Source of the DNA: Balanoglossus misakiensis
Taxonomy: Eukaryota > Animalia > Hemichordata
DNA: 64,000 bases
Direction of reading: 5' to 3'
NCBI GenBank assembly: GCA_040954595.2
Contig: CM082598.2
Location: 1,612,001 to 1,676,000 of the forward strand
Shown here: positions 1 through 14,400 of the stretch, piece after piece
Numbering within the stretch: position 1 is the stretch's first letter
Layout of the letters: every line of letters begins with the position of its first letter
Position numbers and translations under genes: made by a program
Notes under the pieces: generated by a model
The model's database searches: none
Seen by the model: the letters and a program-made list of their open reading frames with translations, nothing else
What the model was told of the DNA's origin: nothing

Positions 1-170
1 ATGTGTTCCATGTATGGTAAATTTACAGGAAGTGAAAAAATATGTGTGAATTAATAGTTGTCAACTTATAAGGAGAATATGTCATATGTTAGAATATTGA
101 TTTTTGAAATTATTTTTGTAGTAAATTGTTCACTTTCTGAATTGTTTTCAGCTCTCTAGACGAAACCAAA

Positions 171-2572
171 ATGAGTAGCGGTTGGCAACCACATCAGAGG
201 CGAGGTCCCATTGCTGCTGAATACAGCAGTCCAGGTCCACGTTACATGGTACCTGGATCAACCGGACAAAACAAGCATGATGCCAGGAAACATATGGCTC
301 CATCGTACAGTTTCGGCATCCGTCATGCCAAGTTCACCAGCGACTGCAGCCCTGGCCCTGGTTACCTGGTCCAGCCAAACATCACTCGCGTCGGAACAGA
401 CGGAACCCCCCATTATTCACTGTACAGCCGGCCAAAGGATGTCATGGCGTTCAAAACTCCGGCACCAGGAACTTATTCCCCGGAAAAGGCCGGCAAATCA
501 GCGCAGAAGTCCGCACCGGCTTACTCATTATCGTCAAGAACAAAGGGTTTCCGATTTGACCAGTCACCAGGTTGGTAGCATGTCATTGGTTGATTATATG
601 TAAATTCAAAGGGTTTTAATGAGTGCTTAATTAATGCTCTAATCAGGTGTAATGAAAAAGGACAGCCATTTTCAAAGTTGTCTGAATTAAATGTAGACAG
701 ATATAAACAAAGGAGAAAAACTTTTCAGTGAAATTTTAATTGTTGACGGTTATCCCTTGATCTCTTTTCTCACGTAGCTGCAAACGCATACACCCTTCCC
801 AACATTCTCGGCGGCAGGGCTGTCGGCAAGAAAACCGCTCCCTGCTTCTCGCTGACGGGACGAAGCAAGATTGGCAGCTTCCACGAAGATCTACAGAAGA
901 CCCCCGGACCTGGCACATACCGAGTCACCAATCCCAACCTCTACAAACAGAATGATCCGTCCTATTCCATGACTGCCAGGAATCAGCTACCGAGCGACTC
1001 AACTAGGAAACCAGGACCTGGAGCACACAGTCCAGAAAAGGTAAAGTCTCAAAAAGATGTAAATTTGTTCTGTCTGTTATATATATTTAGGTTTGTTTTT
1101 ATTATATACCGGTAGTAGATGCTGCATTTGCAATGTTAACTTGTTAATGTTCAGTAATTATGCATTTTTATAATGATTATGATTATTGATATTATAACTA
1201 TTATTATTAAAATTTAATGTAAATTTGAAGATAACCATAAAGGGCCACAAAGTCTGTGAGAATGTCAAAACCTTTATCTAAAATGAGACTGAGCTAAGCT
1301 GATCAACTAATCCAGGGGAATTTGTTTAATACACTCCCAGCGAACTAAGAAAATCCGAAACTAATTTTAACACTCACTGAGTGTTTTTTTTCTTTCTTTT
1401 CTGTGCTTGCTTTGTTTTTCTCCAGGTGAGAATGAATAAGAAAGCGGCCCCATCATTCTCCTTTGGAATCAGACATTCTCAATATATTTGCCCCGTTCTA
1501 TTCGGCCCGGTGGATTAAAATTTAAGACTTGTGTGATCGCAGGTAAGGAGTCTCCTCGTTAGTAGCTTCTGCCAAAACATCTGGTCAGAACATTACTTGC
1601 TTGGTTACTCCTAGAGGGGTAGGGAGATTGGTTTGGGGGTAGGGGAAGGAGCATATCTGCCTGTCAGTCTGTACAAGTTAGACAGACAGCCAGGTATATG
1701 GACTCCCGTAAATTGTCACTTAACTGGTGGTGTAGATGTGTAACAAGTAATTTCTAATACTAGTTCTTAAATATAATAAGTTTAATCTGTACTCACTGAC
1801 ATAATGTTCACTTGATTCATAAATTGTCTCTACTGTGGTAGATAATGTAAATAGAGATCATTGGTGTGGTTGTTTTTGTCCTAGCTGTCTGCCTTAATAA
1901 GTGTTAACTAAGAAAAAAATACGTTAGACTTTTTGAAAGAAGGCCTACAACCTCGCTTTTCCGAATTAACAATCGGAACGAGACATTTTATGACCAGAAA
2001 GACCAGCAACTAATTATCCCTGTTGGTTTTTCAGTAAAGACGCCTGTTTTTGGAAATATGTGATCAACTGCAACAATAACAGCCTCCCAATATGTTATCA
2101 TATGTAATACATCTTATATGTTTTTATTATAGACAAGTTTGCTAGCTGATCTTACCCCCTTTCAGTACACTTGAAATCAACCAACCCAATTTAATGTGAT
2201 ATACTGGGTTGTACCAAGTGTCCTAGAGGGGTGATCAGGTCTAGCAAACACAAGATACGATAATAATGGCTCAATCCCACGCTCATTCTCTCATAATAGC
2301 ACATGCAGTATGACCCAGGTGCACGGCTTGTCATGTGACTCATTTCAACCAATGGTTATCATGTCATGGTATCCCCCGTGTATTTCAACCCTGGTAAATT
2401 GTTACATCATTCTAATATAATGATGAATATAGGCTGACACGTTTTATCTGACATTTTCATGTATTTTTCTTGCTTTTAGGTTTGCATCAACAAACCACAG
2501 GCTCCTGGATTTTCATTTGGAATTCGTCATACGGAATACATAGCACCACTCATTGTAGAACCAATTGACTAA
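171..2572 (+). CDS. ODF3: Outer dense fiber protein 3 / SHIPPO1 (CIMAP1)-like ciliary microtubule-associated protein. Exons 171-570 and 778-1040, then either 1426-1518 or 2480-2572
   Basis: Translation shows repeated SHIPPO/STPGR motifs (SPGPRY, SPGPGY, TPAPGTY, TPGPGTY, KPGPGAHSPEK) and APSYSFGIRH. GT-AG introns have compatible phases (1, then 0). An acceptor at 150-151 implies an upstream 5'UTR exon outside the window. AATAAA at 2671. Confidence 0.9.
1426..1518 (+). CDS. ODF3: ODF3-like alternative terminal coding exon A (VRMNKKAAPSFSFGIRHSQYICPVLFGPVD*)
   Basis: Long polypyrimidine tract + CAG acceptor at 1423-1425; 93 nt to TAA; donor CAG|GTAAGG at 1543. Confidence 0.8.
   Translation: MRMNKKAAPSFSFGIRHSQYICPVLFGPVD
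2480..2572 (+). CDS. ODF3: ODF3-like alternative terminal coding exon B (VCINKPQAPGFSFGIRHTEYIAPLIVEPID*)
   Basis: Polypyrimidine tract + TAG acceptor at 2477-2479; 93 nt to TAA; in frame with exon 2; paralogous to exon A; AATAAA ~100 nt downstream. Confidence 0.8.
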   Translation, partial: VCINKPQAPGFSFGIRHTEYIAPLIVEPID

Positions 2573-3334
2573 ACCTATGGATCGACATAAGAACTGCGAT
2601 ATATTGCCACTGTAATACACAAACTGACTCACAGAATATCATTATGCCATGAAGTTGGAAAAAAGTTTTCAATAAAAAGTGATTATTTATGATATCGGCA
2701 GTGGATATGAGTTACCAGCGTGTATTGGATGTAATAAACACACTTATGATGTAATAATAATAATGATGATGATGGGGGGAGCCTGTAAGATTGAAACAGG
2801 GTTCGATTGGGAAGGGGCTGTTTTTTGTATATTACAACATATTTTCTGATACATATGCAATGTCCGTCCGATGCTTCAACCAAACCCCAGTTTTTACATT
2901 TTCAAGAAAAAAACTCTGTTTTTCCATTTCAAAGAGTGCTTGTATATTACCACCTTGTATGTACCAAAGTAGCAGGTAGGTTATGGAAGTGTGATGTTTT
3001 TGGCAAAAAAATTATGACAGCAAGCTGATTCATTGTCCTTTGTAATAGAATTTAGCCAGAAATGCCTTTCTTAGGGAAGTTCACTCTGTATGTGTGCAAA
3101 ACAATGTAGAATAGTCCTCAAAACTATGCTCAAAAACTGTGTGGCGTTGAAACCTCTTAAATAAAAATCACAGGGGTACAAAGAGCAATAGTTATATCTA
3201 TTTAAATCTCTACAAATTATGTTGTGGCTATTTCTGCTCTTCCATAAATATCTGATATAGGTCACTAATGATATTCAAGAAATCTTGGCTTTGTGCCGGA
3301 TGGATTTAGCCGTCTTTGCGATAATTAACCTTAA

Positions 3335-3414
3335 AACCCTTCCACCACTGTTGTTTGCTGGAACCCTTGTCGCTGTGGTTGGATCTTACACTTAGGAATG
3401 GGGGTGAAAGGGTT
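3335..3414. mobile_element. Short (~80 bp) MITE-like element, copy 1 of a dispersed family
   Basis: Inverted ends AACCCTTCCACC...GGTGAAAGGGTT; related sequences at ~29831, ~33213 and ~43655. Confidence 0.5.
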
Positions 3415-5474
3415 GAACCATTTTTACTCAGGTGTGCTGTATGGTGGGAGAAAGGTAGACAGTATTATAGTCATGTTTAGGCGTTTCTTGAATATCACTG
3501 GTTCTATGCAAAACATCTGTTGTATCTATATCTTCCTCTGTTATGAAATAAAGTTTTAATGTTTTATATAAAGGAAAATAAAGACGTTTGTGCTGGTGTC
3601 ATTTGTTAACATGAAAAAGTTTTTTACCTTAGAATTTTTCTATTCAACATAATTTCTGTGGCACAAGAAAAGCCAAAATGAACACTGAAGAGATGTATTT
3701 GTTCTTTGGTCATCAGTCTGACTGGCATATTGACATGGACATGTTGATTGTTCTTAGCAGAGAGTAGGACACATGGAATGTAGACATGTACTTAGTAGAT
3801 TTTAGGAGCTGCAGTCAACATAATAAGTCACCTTAGAGACAATGTCATGGAACCAAATACAATAGATGTAGTGATATACTGAATATGCTGAATAGTATCT
3901 GATAATTCAGTGAATTGGTCCTTATCAATTTAATGTATGGGACACGGTTTTGACATGGATCGAGTTGATGTCACAAACTTCTGAGGTCTGCACCAGCACA
4001 CTGTCAACACGACCAAAGTCCATGCACATGTACAGTGCTGCTCAGTTGCAATGCTACTGCAGGCAAAATATGCCAAATTTAAAACTTGTAAATAAGTTAA
4101 GATTGACCAATTATGCCAATTCATGATGGCAGGAGGGATTATTTCTCATGCGTTTCTCTCTAACACTGTTTAATGTGGGTCAGTCATTGGTCAATACCCC
4201 TCTATTGTCTACCAGCTAGACCAATATACATTCCAAAGAAGAAAACAGTGTGAAAGGTCATTTGGCACTGGAATACTTGAACAGCCTTGGTATGACTAAG
4301 AGCATAGTTGTGACGACTATGCATTCACATAGTTGTATTGTCAGGGTTGCTAGTGCAGATCGATCGACCAACCAACCGTATAGTGTACAGTGAGTGGCTG
4401 ACTCCAATATTAAGGATGTCGATCATGACCGTGCAGGATTGAATTATAATTATGACCTTGAAGGAAGATGGAAAAAGCAAGCAGACTTACATTACAGTAC
4501 AGTATTATATAACAGTTGTTATAGAAGAAGTACTGTATGGACAGATTAGGTTGTATCTTGGGTGCATGCAGTCGCTAAGACTGAATCACCTAGGTAGTAA
4601 ACCAAGTGGTGAACATTGCACTGTGTAAAACTTCAACCAATGTTTTGATATTAAGCTGAAAATGATACACCTGGTTAACATTTCTGCTTGGCTACCTTTG
4701 AATGCAGGACAGACCTGTACCTGTACCAGTTATTATTCTCTTTTCAACTTCCCTCGTTTGTACAAAACCCTTACACACTTCTGACCCACTAAATTTAAGT
4801 AATGTGGAGGAGTATTGTGAAGGAATTACAGTCGTTAACCTGAAAGATCGACTACTGTATGCAGGTATATACCATGGTGATGAACTTTGAACTCTAATAC
4901 TGCGCTATAAAGCAAACATGACTGATGCAGTATGACCATGAGCCTTATTGCCAATAATCAATAGTGATCACTTCAATGGCATGCTTTTATTATTGCCTTT
5001 AACAACTTAAATGGCCCACAAGAATAAATAACAGAAAATCATTCATATAAATTACCTTTTTTACATTTATAGAAAACAGATAGTACTGAACTTGAAAATC
5101 TTACTTCAAAGAGAACATTTCTGCCTTGAGACTTTATGGAATAAATAACATACTTTAAATTGAATAGACAGTTATGAATAATTTATATTATAAATATTAA
5201 ACATTTTTTAGACTTAATAGTCTATAGCATTAATTTGCTTTTCTTTTGAATAACTTATATATTTTAAATATTTTTATAATAATTAATAAGAGTATTTATC
5301 GAAAAATTCAAATACTTCCTACTCAACTAATAAAACACGCTCCAATGCTGATACGATAAACCCTTCATGCAGAACTTCAACTTCAAATTCAAAAACATGG
5401 CAATATATCAAATCAAAATTACAATATGGGACTGTATCGACTGTCAACCTATCAATCACTGAAGTTTCTTAGTT

Positions 5475-8400
5475 TCAGTCTTCATCAAGGAATCCATAGA
5501 CTGCATCTGTATCAAACCAATTCAACGAATCATCGCTATTTTTGACCGAGGTTTTCTTCTTTTTGGTTTGTTTTTGTGCTTTCCCAAAGCCACTCACTCT
5601 GTAGGATTTCTTTGGAGTCTTCTTGATGTTATCTTGTGCTTTGCTTTTCTTCTCTTTCACCTTCATTAGGAAATAAAACATTTGATAAACATCAAATGGT
5701 ACTTGATACTGTATTGTTTTCCAAACCAGTTGAAATCACAAATGCAGTCATACACATCAGTTACATATTGAATCCATCTCTTGTAAACCATTACGAAGAA
5801 AGCAAGCAATTATCTTCAAGGATAGAGACACGGCCTTGGGCCCAGAACACATTCAGATAATTGTTGTGGAAATCATACAGTATTGTCTGAGCATTTCAAT
5901 ATTACAGTCATTTGCTCAGCTGATTGTAAGTAGTTCAATAGCTAAAGTTGAGTTGGCTATATGTATGTTGGCATTGACACTGCTTTCCAATTTGTATACA
6001 TCACTGTATGTGTCGATCAATGGCATTGTTATAGTACTGAATACAGAGAAGTACTTCTTTGATCTGAAGACCGCCAAAAGCAATTCAACTCTATGGATGA
6101 TCCATAAAGCTATGCCTATGGTTTGTGGTTCATATTGATAGTCAAATCTTACTAGTAATATCAGTCTGTAGTCTTTTTTAGTATTTTTATAGTATTGTTT
6201 GATTTGATTAATTTGTCAAGAGATGATTGACAGTTAATTTACACTCTTTATAATTCTAATTATTGAAGGGAAATGTTCTTGAGAAACTTATCTTGAAGGC
6301 AGCTTGTGACTGCGTCAGAAAGTTGATCCTAATTCTCAACATCTTTTGTACTGTTTCTATGTCTAGGATTAAACCACTTGTAATCGCTTGACAATGGGTA
6401 TATTTTGCCTGGCAGAATCCAAGACTCTGTTCTGTACCTAAGTTACCACCTTCACTGAACACTAAGTAACAACCATTGATTAAAATGCTTGAAAACCAAA
6501 CATTGTATGTCAATTCATGATTCTTAAATTCTTTACCGGTTTTCTCGCATTTGAATACAGTTTAGAGGCATGTTCGTCCTCTTCATACAAGGCTTGGAAT
6601 GTCCTCAACTCTTCATCCATTTCTTCCTGGTCTTTTTCCTTTCCTTTTTTCATCTGGAAGGACAATGAATTACTCAGTGGCTATAAATATATATTGTCTG
6701 GTAGGTTGTGGTACATTATTCCCAAAATGACAAATAATAGACATCAAATCAGGTCCAATAATCAATATCATTCAAAGAAATCTAATTAACAGGTCCAAGA
6801 AAGAAATAAGAGAAAAATGACAATTACAACAGGATCGTCTTGATCGAACCACTGCTAAGTGGTGGTACCAGGTGTCTGGAATGGGTCAGCATACCCTGCT
6901 AGCATGCTTCACCTCAGTGTCAACATGGCAAATGCATAGCTATTATTTCCGTTATTGATACTATACCATTTTGGCTCTACCGATGAGTTTCTCACTGGAG
7001 ACTGGTTTCAGAGGTTCTGTCTGGTTTCTGACAACAGGGGATTTTGAGTACGTCTTCATTACAGCTGGAGATTTCACACCAAATGATGAACCTTTCTGAC
7101 CAGCTTTGTTCCTCATTCCCGCTTTCAGATCAACTTCAATATTTTCAAGCTGTATAAAAGAGTAATTAAAATTGACAGGGGAATCAGATATTTTCTTGCC
7201 ACTAGGAACCTGCATGTACAGTGTCAGGAGGATCTGTGAATATTAGAATTTTACAGTGATAATGGATAGTGTGATAGTATTACTGCCAAGACCTCTAAGT
7301 CTAATTCCATAAGTTGTGCTGTTGATGATGCTGTAGAATCCATGTCAGCCTCACAATCTTCATTATCATCAGAATCAGCAAACATAACTCTTCTCTTCTT
7401 GTGAGCGCTACCGACTTGCTTTAGAATACTCTGTGGAGGATTATTCTGTGGGGTTTTGCCCAGTGGTGTTGAAGATTGGTTAGCTGGCCTCACTAAAAGA
7501 AATATACACTTAGTGTAAGTTGTGTATTGGATACATCAGAAGAAAAAGAAAACTTCTTTGGCAAGATTTTAAATGGACTTATCCATAATCCAAAATCATT
7601 TGATTTCATATTTTACCCAGAGGTGTTCTTGGTGTGCTGGTGTGTGGTGAGACTCTCGAGCTAGGCTTTGGTGTGACCACTGCAGATTTTTTCACAGATG
7701 ATGGAGTTAGTGGAACTGCAACAGGAGTAGACTTCGGCTTCTCTTTTCTCGATTTTTCTTCATTCTCTATTTTCTTTTTGAATTCTTCAAATTCCTTCTG
7801 CAGTTTGTCGTAATCACTGATCTATAAAGGAGAGCATAAATTGATTGCATGTATCAATATCTGACTCGATTTAACTGTCACAAAATGTTTTAAACAGTTT
7901 TAATGTTTTCTACATTTACTATTCATTTTATCCTCTGAGATGGGCAATCTGTTTGTAATCAGATGCACCCAACCTTTTCTTTCTTCTCGTCTTCCAACGC
8001 TGTGATTTTCTTTTCTTGGTCTTCTTTATATTTCTCCATTTTGGCAATATCCTTCTTTCTCTTTAACTCTTCTTTCTTAAAATCTGCTATCTTCTTATTC
8101 AGTTCTGATATGGTCATATCCTGATAGATACAAGGAAATGCCTCTGATGTGTAAGAGGAAATTTTTCACAATTTCTGCAGATTAATAGTGCAACCTAATG
8201 ACAATTTTGTTACATGTAAAACCCAACATATATTACCTTTTCTCTGACAGCAGCATCTGAACTCTTGTTTTGTCCAAGTTGATTTTTAAGTTGTTCAATT
8301 TCTTTGTCCCTGAGATTCACAATCTTCTCATTTTCAGCCTGCAACACAATTTTGAACATGTTTTACAATCTATATTTAAGAAGCAATTAAGGCTAATACC

Positions 8401-11400
8401 TCACTCTTTTGAAATTACATTCAATGCTGGTCAGCATCTAATAAATGATGTATTAGCCATTTTTATGAACACAATATCTACATTATTGAGCATTTGATCA
8501 ATATGTTAAAAGGCTGAACAAATAATTGTGGCTTGTACTCAAATAATTATGAGCCAGATAAATATAATGACTCTCATATAAGGTCACATTTATTGCTGCC
8601 TTATATCTATGTAGGTAATCATGAAAAATTATGGCAGCTAGTAGACAGACAGTTTCCATCCATTTGGGATGAACACGTTTTAATTGTGTGTATTCAGTTA
8701 AAAATAAAATAGCTGCTACCATTTTTGCAGGTGTATGAGAGTTCTATAGTACAGTGTCTATCACCTTAATTTATGGCATTTGAGCTTAAAGGATTAATAT
8801 GCTGTCAAAACACAGTGCATCTGTCATGCATTTCATTTACATTCAATTCAAACTGAAATCCACAATGATCAATGCATTCCACTACAGTATTAGCATTCAC
8901 TGAATGATCCAGACATGGCTGATAAATGGTACATGTAAAGAAAGCTGTTGCTCTTCCTTGTTAATATTTCATACAACATGGGATAATGGCAGCTATTACA
9001 GACCACTCGCATAAGCCGATAAAGTCTGCAAGCTGTTGCAAATATTTGAACTGTTTCAAGCATCACTGTACTGACTTTTGACAAACGGTTGCATCTAATA
9101 CTACAGCAGCTTTCTGAATGACCTGAAATAACCCAGCAGTATAAAATCTTGTCTACTACTATTGCCATGGTAACAGCCATGATAGCAGCAGTCGAGATAA
9201 TTAAAGATACCCAAGGGATATGGTGGCAGTGTACCTTGAAAGACATATGGTTTCGAATTATATTACTGCTTTGTTGTCGTTTCAACATCATGTAATATTG
9301 TAATCACTCAATTATTGAACCAGAACTGCTATGGTTGAGTATGCAACTATAGCTACAGTTTCCAAAACATGTCACAATCTACATGTGAAAAAGACAAGGG
9401 TAATACCTTCATATGAGAATGCTCTCTGAACCAATACTGTAGTGTTTTATTTCTTTTCAACATCATTGTATATGTTGCAGTCAAGTATACCCATAACTGT
9501 CATCTTGTATGAAATATTATTTGGCCGTTAATTTTTTACAGACATCCAGTGTGCCCTCTAACAGACATAATTTTTAAAACCTTTGACTCAATTTGAGGAT
9601 TTCTAGAAATTTCTCTGAGTCAACCCTATACCTTTGCATGTAGTGTGGATAATTTTCTTGAGTCACCAGTGAGTTTATGGAGTCAGCTGAGTGGCACGTC
9701 ATATGGGCTTAGAGGGCACACTGCATACATCATCACAAATGGCCTTTTCTTTCTATTATTGACAGTTTAGCTGTCACCATACATGTACCTTATACTTTGA
9801 CAACGTTGCACTGACTTCACTCATCTGATTTTCAAGTGACAGCTTTGCTGTGGTATGTTCTTTCACTGCTTTCTCTGTCTGTGTTTTCAAGTCTTCCGCC
9901 ATAGCTGAATGGGCTCTGCTTGTTTCTTCAAACTCCTTTTTGATCTGGGACACCTGTAACAATCAGGTGAACAACAACAACAAAGAGTCAGTAAAAGTAT
10001 ATGGCCACCTATTCAAATTTAGCCACAGTGCAACCATGTATCGATGGTTGAAATCTAGCCAATCACAGATTTTCTCTGGGTGGCCACACAAAATGCATGC
10101 AGCCAAATGGAAATAGGAGACCTCGACAAGTCCTTTTAACTATACTTTACACAGTTTTGGTTGGAAACTTCAAACACAACACTAAACCTTCCATAGACTC
10201 AATACATGAACATTTCAAAATTGTAAATCAAATTTTTTTGCCAGTGACTGAATAAAGAATGAGTGTATTTTACTTACTTCATTTGAAAGTTGTTCATTCT
10301 TTTCTTCTTGTTGTGATATACTTTCTTGTAATTTGTCCACTTTTGTCTGCAAGGTCTCTGCTTCTTTAGTTTTACATTTCAACTCTGATTTCAAGTTCCT
10401 TATCTCCTGATTCAGTTCCTTAGAATGCTTGGTTTTGTTGCTCAACTGATCTTGCAAAGCCTTATTTTTATTTTCAAGAGTTGAGGTCTGCTTGGTTAAC
10501 TTTGTCACTTCTTGCTTCAAAGATTTACTCTGGAAAAATAAAAAAAATAAGCATCATTGTAACACTTGTTATTGTGTGATTGCTTTAAAATATAAACTGC
10601 ACAACACTGTAAAACATGGTATGATTGACTGATTGATTGATTGACTGACTGACTGACTGACTGACTGACTGACTGATTGATTGATTGATTGAGATGGAAT
10701 TCTGTGATGAAGACACAAAGAATATACTCACTGTGCTCTGTTCTTGTACAAGTTTGTAAGAGGAATCTTTGTCATGTTGCTGCATATTTTCCAGCATCTC
10801 TTCAAGCTCTGTTTCGATGGAACTTTTCTCTTTTATGACACTGTCCAAGTCTAACTCTGTGCTCTGTAGAACTTTAGCAGCGTCCTAAATTAACAATACA
10901 ATCAGCCAAAAATTTGTATCCTCAGAAATACAAAATATGAGAGACATCAACATACCAGCTGCTTATCACTGGCACTCAGAACAGACTATCGCTACATGTT
11001 GTTGAGCATACCTCTAGTTCTTCCTTGAGATGAGATATTGTTTTATCATTTTTCTCCAGCTGTACTTCCAATGCTTTTTTCTCTTTGTTGGTCTTCTTGA
11101 TCTCTTTTGTCACATTTGCATGTTCAGAACTAGGTGAAAATAATGAACAGTGGAGACACATTATGACATTTGAATAAGGACATTTGTTTTGACAGCATTA
11201 AGATCATAAGTTTATAGGTAAGAATGTTCTGATGATTCTAAATGTATACCAGTAATGGACTTTAAGAATAAAAACAAAGTAAAGGCCATTTGTGTGATTC
11301 ATCTAGGGAGGGCGCTGTTGAACACTGATCTCTCAACACAAACTGGAAAGAACTCTTCCAAACTTTCTTTTGTATCATAGTGCTGTTTCCCTGTTTCACA

Positions 11401-14400
11401 TACCTTGTCAAATCCAGTTCCTGTCTCAATGTGTCTAACTTGTCATAGGAGGCTTTCTCCCGTTCTAAGGCATCTTTCAATTCAGTTTTTAAACCAAGCA
11501 TTTCAATCTATACAGATGAGAACAACCAGTAGATGACACAAACTTTACTGTATAAGTTAACTAAAAATAAATACTGTTGGTGAATTTCATCATGGCAGAG
11601 CCTTAAATGATTTCTGTTTAACAAACTTGTTCCTGGTAAACCTGATCTCAATGCCGAACACACTTCGTCTACTGGAATGCTTGGGTGGGGAAAAGCATTC
11701 TCAATTTTTCTGTCAGTATGTGAAATTAGCTAAAGAAAGAAAACGTATGTTTTTTCCTACATCTTTCATAGATAATGTAGACTGGAGTTCCTTCAGCTCT
11801 GAACTCAACTCTTCCCTGTCCCTTGTCACTTGGCCGATTTGGTCTTGCAAACGTTCAACTGATTCCTACGTTTAAAAGAGAATTAACCTTTAATCTACAC
11901 TATCCCAGAGCAAAAAAAGTTAATTTTGACTTCAACAGAACATAAGAAAATGATTATATGATTGAAGGAGTTACTATTTCCTCACTTGAGCCAGTGAAAC
12001 TGCAGTTACCGGTAAGTATCGGTTTCTGACAAATTTGGTAACCGAGTGTATACTGTCAAATCTTTTTCATGAGTCACGCATTTCTTACATTCTTTACATG
12101 TGATACAATCTGAAGTGAAAGCGCAAGATATAGGAAAGCTGAGGTAGAGAAGTTACACACTAGAAATTCCTGACATCATTTAAATACCACGTCTTCAATT
12201 TTATAAACACAAGTAGTTTATTAGGGAACTCCTGGTAAATTGACTGCCAGCTTCTGTCTGTTCTACCACCTAAGTATGAACATACATTTGTAAAAGTGGG
12301 CTTGATTTATCCTGTTTATTTAGAGAAATAAATACCTCAAGTTCTGTTTGTCTTTCGGTCAACTCAGTGATGTACTGCTTGTCTGTTTCTTTTTCAGTTT
12401 GATGAGTTTTCTTCAGATTGGACAACTCCTCAACTACTTCACTCAGCTGATCCTGTCATTAATCAAACACATAAAATAGATAGTACTGATGACCATATAA
12501 CTTGGACTTCTACTATTGCTTGTCCTTTCAAACCTTTAGCAATTCAAGACAGTTAATCTGTACTGACCTGTCTAGCAGCCAATGAAGAATTCAGTGATTT
12601 CAGCTGCTCACATAACTTGTCCCTGTCTGTTGCGAGCTCCATAATATTTTCTCTCAGCCCTTCTGCTGTCACTTCTAAGCTCTTTTTAGTTTCTGTCAAA
12701 TCTTGATACCTCTGATCAGCTTCATTCTGCCATTAAGTTGAAACAGTTTACTTGAAACAGACCATATTACGTTAGAAAGCTGATATACAAGCAGTTGCAG
12801 TATACCTCTGCTAACTTCTTTCTAAGTTTTGTTGACAATGAATTTAACACGATGTACAGTAAGTACTTTGTTTTTATAAAGTTTATCAAGTTTTTTCAAA
12901 CTATCAAAAAGAAGAAGAATCCTCCAACTTGCAGGTCACAGATAGAAACTCTTAGATCTGGTCCTGAAATAAGACAGTTAAATTAAAATAAACAAGACCT
13001 TTTCTAGAGAAAGTTTTGTGGGTAGTAATTCAGTTTCACAATCACATGTCAAGTTAAGTACATGTATAGTACTGATGTCATCACTTTGGAATGACCACTC
13101 GTTACCTCCCACACAGGCACATAAAGTTGGGGAGAGAAAGTTTAAAAGTGCACAGATATGTAGAATATGCAGTCACCAGCAAAGAAGTTTAGTTAAAGTT
13201 TACTAGAAAACATCAAGCCATGTGAACAAATAGATGAAGATCTGTACCTTCATTTCTTGCAGCTGGAGTAGCTTTGATTTCCCGTCTTCAATTAAATTGT
13301 TGGCTGACTCCAACTCTTCTTTACTTTCCCTCACTTCAGTTTTAGATTCTTCAAGCTTTTCTTGCAATGCGTCTGCAAAGTATTAAGTGAATGAGTTTAG
13401 ATCTTGATTATGCAAGTGACAATGTAAAAAGGTCTTGGCAAATGAAACAAAATTATAAAGACTGGGTATCTTCCAATATACACACAGACAAGTAATAACT
13501 AAATAGCTTCAGAGTGGATTACCATGACATTATCTATGTTTTAACCAAACATTTTTTTTCCTATTTTAGTTGTGATTTACTAACTTTGTTTTTCCTGCAT
13601 TGTTGACACCTTCTCTTCATTTTCTTTAAGTTGTTGATGGAGTTCATCAATCCGCTTGTCTTTTTGTTCCAAATCATCCAGTAGGTTTTGCAACTGAAAA
13701 GGACAAAGTGTGATAGTAAAACCTTTCAAGCAAAACTTTTACTTCAGTTTGTACTTCACCAATTCCTATGTGATAAAATCAAACACCTTGCTCCAGTCCT
13801 GAATGCTTGATTACCCAACACTAACACAAATGTTATTCCAAACCTTTTCCTGCAAATGATCCTTTTCAGAATTGACTTCTTCCCTTATCTTGAAGAGTTC
13901 CTTCTGTTCTTCTGCAGCTGTAGTGGGAAGGAAGTACAACTTTTAGAACATAAAATAGAAAATTGGGCATGCATGCAAAGTCTTCAACTTTCTCCCTCAT
14001 AAAATATAAACTTGGCATTAAAAACCTTCCGGACTAAATTACATCCAACAACCATTTCACCATGCTGTGGTTCTACAGGAAAGCTGGAGAGAGCGCCCTC
14101 TATTCATCCAATCTACTGAGTGAAAACTTGATGAAATTTTGAAGAATTTGTTCTTCATGCCGTTGTTCTTACGTAAGCCACCTAATTCTCAGAATGATTA
14201 TTCATACTTTGCGTCATGAGCATGTAATCAATGATGTAATACTCTTCCCAGATATCACTCGGTGATGAAACCCCACTGACCAAGTATCGTCACAAAAGAT
14301 CACATCACTGACATCTTGGCAACAGTCCAGAAATAGATAAAACCATCTCCCACATTCCTTGATCTTTGGTGTCAGGATCATTCTTAAGCTTGCCATTACA

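Noticed and set aside
9161-9174. X-box-like ATTGCCATGGTAAC in a SYCP1 intron (also GGTGTCATGGCAAC at ~63597)
   Set aside because: Imperfect single sites with no promoter context I can support; could be chance
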